The notes under the pieces: model-generated
What the model was told of the DNA's origin: nothing
Databases searched by the model: none
The model's input: only the letters and a program-made list of their open reading frames with translations
In this document: piece after piece, positions 58,058 through 64,000 of the stretch
How the letters are laid out: each line of letters starts with the position of its first letter
How positions within the stretch are numbered: position 1 is the first letter of the stretch
Translations under genes and position numbers: made by a program
NCBI GenBank assembly: GCA_043803405.1
Contig: JAZDKB010000047.1
Coordinates: 24,782 to 88,781 of the forward strand
Direction of reading: 5' to 3'
DNA: 64,000 nucleotides
DNA from: Spirochaetota bacterium
GTDB lineage: Bacteria > Spirochaetota > UBA4802 > JAFGDQ01

Positions 58058-59101
58058 TTATCTTAATCGTTTAAGAATGAATTTAACTCTGTCATTAACA
58101 GGATCAAGCTTTAAAGCCTGTTCGGCATAAAAGACAGCCTTTGGTTTATTATTATGTTTATCGTAAAGCTCTGCCAGAGCCAGATATGCTTCAACATTTT
58201 CCTGATCCAGTTCTATTACTTTTACAAACTGTTCTTTTGCCAAAGCATCAGACGGCTGGCTGTTTTTATAATAAAATACACCGAGATAGTAATTAACATC
58301 TTTGGAATCCGGATAAATCTGCAATGCTTTTTTAGAAAATTCAATGCCATCATTTATATATTTACTTCGAAGTTCATTGCCGATTTTTGTATAATAAACC
58401 TGTTTAAATCTTGTTTCCGCCAGCCCTTTGTAAAGCAAAAATTTATCTTCATTATCGTATAATCTGCGTTTTTGTTTCAGGATTTCGTTGAATTCATTAT
58501 AGGCATATTCGAGCATATCATCTTTTAAATAAAGATAACCTAATGAAAGATGCGCTTCCGGATTGTTTTTATCGACTTCCAGAGATTTTTTATAAAAACT
58601 GATCGCTTGCCCGGTTTGACCGGTATTTTGATGGTAATCGGCTTTTCCGTTATATACATAAGCTTTTCTTGAATGTACAGCATCGATTCTCTGTACTACC
58701 CTGTCTCCGGGATTAGCTAATCGGAAATTACCGTATCCCAGCAATAAATAACCGAATGTTTTTGTGTCAAATACCGAATCTACAGTAATTTTACTAATAA
58801 TTAAATTATTACTATCTATTACATAAAGCTCGTCCCCAGTCCCTATCCCGATATTATTATATAATCTTACAGAAGCGTTTGTTTTATCCTTAATCTTATC
58901 TACAATACCGCTTTCATTTTTATATTTGGCGCCTATTAAAGTTATTTTACCTTTTAATTCAACATCCCATCCTAAATTATCCGCCTGGGTGTAGTATGCT
59001 TTTAAAAATTTATCTTTTTCGGGAAGAATCATTTCTGCAGCATACATTTTATTAATTATTCCAAGAATAATTATAATTAATAATATTTTTATTAGCTTCA
59101 T
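58058..59101 (-). CDS. Exported TPR-repeat protein
   Basis: Signal peptide and several TPR-like repeats. Confidence 0.8.
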   Translation of the reverse strand: MKLIKILLIIIILGIINKMYAAEMILPEKDKFLKAYYTQADNLGWDVELKGKITLIGAKYKNESGIVDKIKDKTNASVRLYNNIGIGTGDELYVIDSNNLIISKITVDSVFDTKTFGYLLLGYGNFRLANPGDRVVQRIDAVHSRKAYVYNGKADYHQNTGQTGQAISFYKKSLEVDKNNPEAHLSLGYLYLKDDMLEYAYNEFNEILKQKRRLYDNEDKFLLYKGLAETRFKQVYYTKIGNELRSKYINDGIEFSKKALQIYPDSKDVNYYLGVFYYKNSQPSDALAKEQFVKVIELDQENVEAYLALAELYDKHNNKPKAVFYAEQALKLDPVNDRVKFILKRLR

Positions 59102-60276
59102 CGATTTAAGAACCTGTAGGGATTTAATGGTGTAAGATATTTTCTGATCTCAAAGTGAAGATGAGGTCCTGTTACGGCGCCCGAAATCCCGGATAATGCA
59201 ATTATCTGTCCTTGTTGTACTTTTTCCCCGGATTTTAGGATGTTTTCTTTATTGTGCGCATATACTGTTATATATCCGTCAGCATGTTTTAGAATTACAA
59301 CTCTCCCATAGCCTTTTTTCCATCCGCAAAAAATAGCTTCTCCGTCTGCAGAAGCCTTCACAGGAGCACCGATATCTGTTCCTATATCCAGGCCGCAATG
59401 AAATTTGGATTTGTTGTCGATCGGATTAATTCTTTTACCGAATGCCGAAGTCACTTTCCCCTTTAACGGCCATGTAAATACCTGATGTTTATTTTTTATT
59501 TCGGATTTTTCATCAGCAGGTGAATTATCTATAGCATATTCATCTTTACTTTCTACGGTTTCTGAATTGCTCTTTTCCGGATAGAAGTCATTAGGTTCTG
59601 TTTTATTCTTTTTAGAATGAACCAGTATTTTTTCAGGCGCAGCTACAGCATCAGGTAAAAATAAAAATTCATTTTCTTTGATAATATCTTTCTTTAAATT
59701 ATTCTGAGCTGCAATCAGTCTTTTATTTATGCAGTATTTTTTTGCTATTTTACAGAGAGAATCATTTTTTACGACTTTGTAATTCAAGCCGTTTTTATTC
59801 GGCACTAAAATGGTTTTTCCAGGATTCAAAAGATCCGGCTTGTTTATTCCATTTGCCACTATTATCGTTTTATAATCTGTATCAAACTTTTTTGCTATTG
59901 ACCATAGATTTTCGCCTTTCACTATTTTATGAGATGTTAAATGCCATCTAGCGTCTTGTTTTTTTAATAAAGCAAGAATATCTTCTTTTTTATTTTTTAC
60001 TTTTATTTTTTTATCTGAAGATTTCTTTTTATATTTAAAAGACAGATCATCTATTATAGAATTATTATAAATAATTGGTCCTTCCGGTGCATGTTCGGAA
60101 TCCGATTCTATTCCTTTGATAATAATAGCATTCTCTATATCAGAAAGAATATCTTTCTCAATTAAAGCTTTTTCAGATTTATTGCTTTTTCCGGCTATAG
60201 CGAATTTTATAAATATTACCGAAAAAATAATTGATAATATTATAATCGATATTGTTATTAATTTTGATTTTTTCAT
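59098..60276 (-). CDS. LysM plus M23 peptidase
   Basis: Two LysM repeats, HCGLD, YAH, TGPHLHFE. Confidence 0.93.
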   Translation of the reverse strand: MKKSKLITISIIILSIIFSVIFIKFAIAGKSNKSEKALIEKDILSDIENAIIIKGIESDSEHAPEGPIIYNNSIIDDLSFKYKKKSSDKKIKVKNKKEDILALLKKQDARWHLTSHKIVKGENLWSIAKKFDTDYKTIIVANGINKPDLLNPGKTILVPNKNGLNYKVVKNDSLCKIAKKYCINKRLIAAQNNLKKDIIKENEFLFLPDAVAAPEKILVHSKKNKTEPNDFYPEKSNSETVESKDEYAIDNSPADEKSEIKNKHQVFTWPLKGKVTSAFGKRINPIDNKSKFHCGLDIGTDIGAPVKASADGEAIFCGWKKGYGRVVILKHADGYITVYAHNKENILKSGEKVQQGQIIALSGISGAVTGPHLHFEIRKYLTPLNPYRFLNR

Positions 60277-60311
60277 ATTACTATTAAAATCGGAAAAACT
60301 GCGGATATTCT

Positions 60312-61466
60312 TTATTCCCCTGTCCTTACCTGTTTGTATTCAGTGTTCTTACTATTATGATAATAGTTAAATATTTCTGATATTTTTTGTTTAAGTTCGG
60401 ATATACCTATATTTTTTTCGGCAGAACCGATTAGAGCATTGTGATATTTAGTTAATACGACATTCGCTTCTTTAACTGCATCAGATTTATTGAAAAATAA
60501 TATTGTCGGTTTGTTATTACATTGCAGTTCTGCGAGTTCTTTATCCACTATTTCAATTTTTTTTTCAATGTCCTTTGATGTAAGTTCAACAACATGTATC
60601 AAAAAATCCGCATTTTTAATTTCTTCGAGAGTTGATTTAAATGATTCTATTAAACTTACAGGCAGATTTCTGATAAATCCGACTGTATCGGTAAGTAAAA
60701 CTTTTTTTTCAGGTTCAAGATAAACTATTCTGGTAAAAGAATCAAGTGTGGCAAATAGCCTGTCTTCGACAAAAAGATCATCTTTCGCCAGCTTGTTTAT
60801 CAAGGTGGATTTTCCGGCATTTGTATATCCTACTACTGCACCCCTTACGATATCAGATCTTGATTTTCTGATAAGACTTCTATGATTTGATATCTTTTTA
60901 AGCCTGGTTTCAAGCTTGGAAATCCTTTTCACTATATGCCTTCTGTCGGTTTCGAGCATTTTCTCACCGGGACCTCGTGTGCCTATTCCACCGCCTGTTT
61001 GCGAAAGTGCTCCGCCCAGGCCTTTTAATCTGGGCAGAATATATCTTAGCTGCGCAAGCTCAACCTGTATATGCGCTTCTGCGCTCCTGGCGCGTTTCGC
61101 AAAAATATCAAATATAATTTCGGTTCTGCTTACAACGCGGCATTTCAGCACTTCTTCAAGATTTCTGACCTGTGCTGGTTTCAGTTGGTTAATATCGAAA
61201 ACAACAAGAGTTATTTTATTATTCCTAATCAGATCCTGAAGTTTCAAAAGATACCCTTTACCGATTATGTAGGCAGGGTCTATTTTCTCTCTTTTAACGA
61301 TTGCTGTATCGATTACAACTGCACCTGCTGTTCTTACCAGCAATTTTAATTCGTTAAGGGAATCATGCAATTCGTCCAAATCATAATTAATTTTTAAAAT
61401 TCTAATTCCGAGTAAAAACGCTCTCTCGTCTGTGGAAGATTTAATTCTATTTACCGAGGCATCCAT
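60312..61466 (-). CDS. hflX: GTPase HflX
   Basis: QVELAQL.Y.LPRL, GGGIGTRGPGE..LE.DRR, GYTNAGKST, FATLD, DTVGFI, NKSD. Confidence 0.96.
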   Translation of the reverse strand: MDASVNRIKSSTDERAFLLGIRILKINYDLDELHDSLNELKLLVRTAGAVVIDTAIVKREKIDPAYIIGKGYLLKLQDLIRNNKITLVVFDINQLKPAQVRNLEEVLKCRVVSRTEIIFDIFAKRARSAEAHIQVELAQLRYILPRLKGLGGALSQTGGGIGTRGPGEKMLETDRRHIVKRISKLETRLKKISNHRSLIRKSRSDIVRGAVVGYTNAGKSTLINKLAKDDLFVEDRLFATLDSFTRIVYLEPEKKVLLTDTVGFIRNLPVSLIESFKSTLEEIKNADFLIHVVELTSKDIEKKIEIVDKELAELQCNNKPTILFFNKSDAVKEANVVLTKYHNALIGSAEKNIGISELKQKISEIFNYYHNSKNTEYKQVRTGE

Positions 61467-61950
61467 TAAATATGACCCTGCAGCCTTCTTTAATATTATT
61501 TTTCCTGAACCAGCCTTTATTTACTTCAAGTGCATAAATAGCCGCTTTTTTTGATGGATATGTAATGGAAGCATCAAGAGGTTTCATGTACTGGATATCT
61601 ATTATAATACCCTGTCTGTTAATATAAGCTATGTTTAAAGGAATAATTGTATTTTTCATCCAGAAAGCAAGGATTTCCTCACGCTTAAAAATAAAAAGCA
61701 TGCCTGAATTTTCATCGAGATAATTGCGGTGCATTAGTCCTGTCGACCGGCTTTTTTCGGTTTCGGCAATCTCGCTTGTTAATTTTATTTTATTATTATC
61801 TAAGTTTATTATATGAATATCGCAGGATCTGTTTTCAGCATATAATTCAGCATACTGGAAACAAAGAATCGAAACAACAAATATTCTAATAATAAACAGA
61901 AATATATTCTTGCTCATCCGAAAATGAAAAATTTTTTTAAAACTCATCAT
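61447..61950 (-). CDS. DUF192 protein
   Basis: R..GLM.R......GMLF.F, FWMKNT.IPL, YALEV..G; start may be 61917. Confidence 0.88.
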   Translation of the reverse strand: MMSFKKIFHFRMSKNIFLFIIRIFVVSILCFQYAELYAENRSCDIHIINLDNNKIKLTSEIAETEKSRSTGLMHRNYLDENSGMLFIFKREEILAFWMKNTIIPLNIAYINRQGIIIDIQYMKPLDASITYPSKKAAIYALEVNKGWFRKNNIKEGCRVIFNGCLGK

Positions 61951-62683
61951 TATATTCCACTCTGATTATCCTGTTTGCACGGTCGTTTTTCTGCATCAGA
62001 AGTGCAAATTCCAAGCCTATATGATTTAAATAACTGTATTTTAAACCAAGATTTAATAACCATTCCCTGTGCCTGGAAAAATCGTAGTATATTCTTTCAC
62101 CCTCAGCTTTAAAGATTACAGAGTTCCCCAGAGGAATATCAAATGAACAAAAGTATGAAGTATCTTCCGGCACATAATAAGGCTGCATAGGCACCCTTAC
62201 TCCGAAATGCAAATGCTGTTCTTCATCGAGCAGGTAAATTGGTTTTGTAACAACGAAATAGGGGCCGTAAATCATTCTGTTCAGCTTGTTTTCATTATTA
62301 TATGTTTTACCTTCCTGGCCGATATAAAAAGAATCATATCCGATCGCGATGGATACCGGAAATCTTTGCCATCCGTCCGTAAATTTAAGTTTTGCAATTA
62401 CACCGGGAGCGTGAGGTTCCGCATCTTCCTTGCCAAGTGCGCTTTGAATGTCAAATGAAGCGCCCAGATAAAAATTGTCATGAAGACCCATAAATGCTTT
62501 AATCTCGATCCCTCCCCTGTCGTATGCAAGAAACGAAAACTGATACATCCCCTTCTCAAATGTATAAGCAGTCGGGGTATCTATAACGGTATTTGTTCTG
62601 CCGTAGAATTCCGCAAAAGAATTATTATTAAACACAAATAATAAAATATTTAAAGTAAAAATACAATATAGAATTTTTTTCAT
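61937..62683 (-). CDS. Putative outer-membrane beta-barrel protein (YjbH-like N-terminus)
   Basis: Signal peptide, VIDTPTAYT...G, amphipathic strands, C-terminal Phe. Confidence 0.6.
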   Translation of the reverse strand: MKKILYCIFTLNILLFVFNNNSFAEFYGRTNTVIDTPTAYTFEKGMYQFSFLAYDRGGIEIKAFMGLHDNFYLGASFDIQSALGKEDAEPHAPGVIAKLKFTDGWQRFPVSIAIGYDSFYIGQEGKTYNNENKLNRMIYGPYFVVTKPIYLLDEEQHLHFGVRVPMQPYYVPEDTSYFCSFDIPLGNSVIFKAEGERIYYDFSRHREWLLNLGLKYSYLNHIGLEFALLMQKNDRANRIIRVEYNDEF

Positions 62684-62759
62684 AAGCTGCCTTAAAATGA
62701 CTTTTTAAAGATGATATGAGTTATTTTTAATATCGGAATTATTTTGACCTATAAATAAC

Positions 62760-62784
62760 AAAATCCCATTGTAAACGGGATTTT
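62760..62784 (-). terminator. Possible intrinsic terminator
   Basis: aaaatccc-N9-gggatttt, 28 nt past the stop of the 62813 gene. Confidence 0.5.
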
Positions 62785-62812
62785 AATACTTAACATGAAA
62801 ATATGGGAAATA

Positions 62813-64000
62813 TTAGCGCTTTGGATTTACCTGATTCAACTCTTCATGCTGCTTTTTTAATTCTTTTAGTTCCTGCAGGTCATTGATCTTTTGTTTTACA
62901 TTTTTATGATACGGATCGAAATCCTGTGCAGATTTGAATTCCTGTATGGCAGAGTCAATATCATCAGCAATATAAAGTTTGATACCTCTCTGATAATGCT
63001 CCTCTGATTTTTTTTCGTCCTCTTTAGTGATGATCTTAGGAATAAGCTTGAATGTTACGTTAAAGGAATAATTTGCTCCGAAAACTCCTGCATCCGAGTA
63101 TGATGTATCAATGATAAATGAAACATTACCTATGGAATAGTTGAATCCAGCTCCGAAGGAATAAGTACCGGCATCATTAAACCGGTAACCGCCCCTTAAA
63201 AACAGGATTTCTTTATATGTCGTTTCAATACCGGTATTTATTCTGAAGCTTTCGTTAAAGCCGGAAGTAAAGTCCAGCAAATCCGAGGATTGAATTGCGT
63301 TCTCAATAAAATCGACATTAAAACTGAGCCAGTCTGTCAAATAATACGAAAGCCCCATTCTGACTAGTCTCGGCAGGGAATCACCGTATGCTTTTGTTCC
63401 TAGATTCTGAATTGATAGTCCAAGCGCGAAGTTTCTGATTGGCGCATCGAAAGGAGAAAACATATACATCCTTTTTAAAATACCTAAATCTGCAGCCGCG
63501 GAATGAACTTTAAGGGTGTGGATCCTTTGAAATATATATTTTAAAGATCCCCCAAGTTCCATAAAATCCAGGGATTGCCCATAGCCCACTGTTGTGCTTG
63601 TATTATAATACTGAACTGTGCCAACTTCGTTCCCATTTTCGTCTATTTTATCAAACGGTGGCACCCAGAAGGCTGAATTGGATAAGGCTAAAAATCCGTT
63701 ATAAAACGGAGTAGCAAAACTGATATTCTCGAACCTTGAATCCGAGATCAATTCCTGATGCATAATGGATAATACCGGGTATTTTAATGTTGCTATGCCT
63801 GCAGGATTATAATAGATAGAATGAACGTCCTCAACAGCAGCAGTAAAGGCTTCTCCCATACCGAGCGGCCTGGAACCTGTTCCGATCTCAAGAAAGGCAG
63901 CTCCGGAAGTGCCCGCAGTACCGTCAGCTTTTAATTCTTTAATAAAAAAAATATTAAATATTATTAAACAAAATAATAAATTTAATATTTTTTTATTTTT
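62813..64000 (-). CDS. UPF0164/PorV-like (FadL-like) OM protein with C-terminal TPR; start lies beyond the window edge
   Basis: Frame stays open upstream of 63859 to the edge (KIKKILNLLFCLIIF...GTSGAAFLEIGTGSRPLGMGEAFTA...YYNPAG); LRGGY; TPR-like tail. Confidence 0.85.
   Translation of the reverse strand, partial: KNKKILNLLFCLIIFNIFFIKELKADGTAGTSGAAFLEIGTGSRPLGMGEAFTAAVEDVHSIYYNPAGIATLKYPVLSIMHQELISDSRFENISFATPFYNGFLALSNSAFWVPPFDKIDENGNEVGTVQYYNTSTTVGYGQSLDFMELGGSLKYIFQRIHTLKVHSAAADLGILKRMYMFSPFDAPIRNFALGLSIQNLGTKAYGDSLPRLVRMGLSYYLTDWLSFNVDFIENAIQSSDLLDFTSGFNESFRINTGIETTYKEILFLRGGYRFNDAGTYSFGAGFNYSIGNVSFIIDTSYSDAGVFGANYSFNVTFKLIPKIITKEDEKKSEEHYQRGIKLYIADDIDSAIQEFKSAQDFDPYHKNVKQKINDLQELKELKKQHEELNQVNPKR

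Overview
Gene-dense, AT-rich bacterial chromosomal window, most consistent with an anaerobic or microaerophilic spirochaete related to Leptospira. This placement is inferred from recalled family resemblance, not a database search: mfd followed by a LipL31/SurA-like lipoprotein, a UPF0164/PorV-like OM protein, Lsa36-like OM proteins, a FecR lipoprotein and an insertion-bearing RecJ, plus 2-oxoacid:ferredoxin oxidoreductase and a superoxide-reductase-like gene. Housekeeping genes: mfd, rnhA, recJ, clpB (sigma70 promoter plus CIRCE), rpsB, ugd, hflX, tRNA-Arg(CCG). There are many envelope genes (LpoB, sulfatase-like pair, RND/TolC, ExbBD, Deg pair, AsmA, lipoproteins). I see no CRISPR, prophage, integrase or transposase. 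The most unusual signal is non-coding: (i) two copies of a Y-shaped palindromic element with GGA-loop hairpins, compensatory changes and diverged but perfect arms; (ii) two unrelated 21/42-bp-period hairpin arrays, one between duplicated OM-protein genes that each keep a promoter; (iii) a nested MITE-like element, a fragment of which forms the whole stop-to-start spacer between two sulfatase-like genes; (iv) further REP-like hairpins. Protein-level oddities: a PrsW/PilZ-like/cNMP fusion, an active plus catalytically dead Deg pair behind exbBD, and a 43-aa CxxC/CxxC ORF missed by the ORF track. No single complete novel system can be proven from sequence alone.
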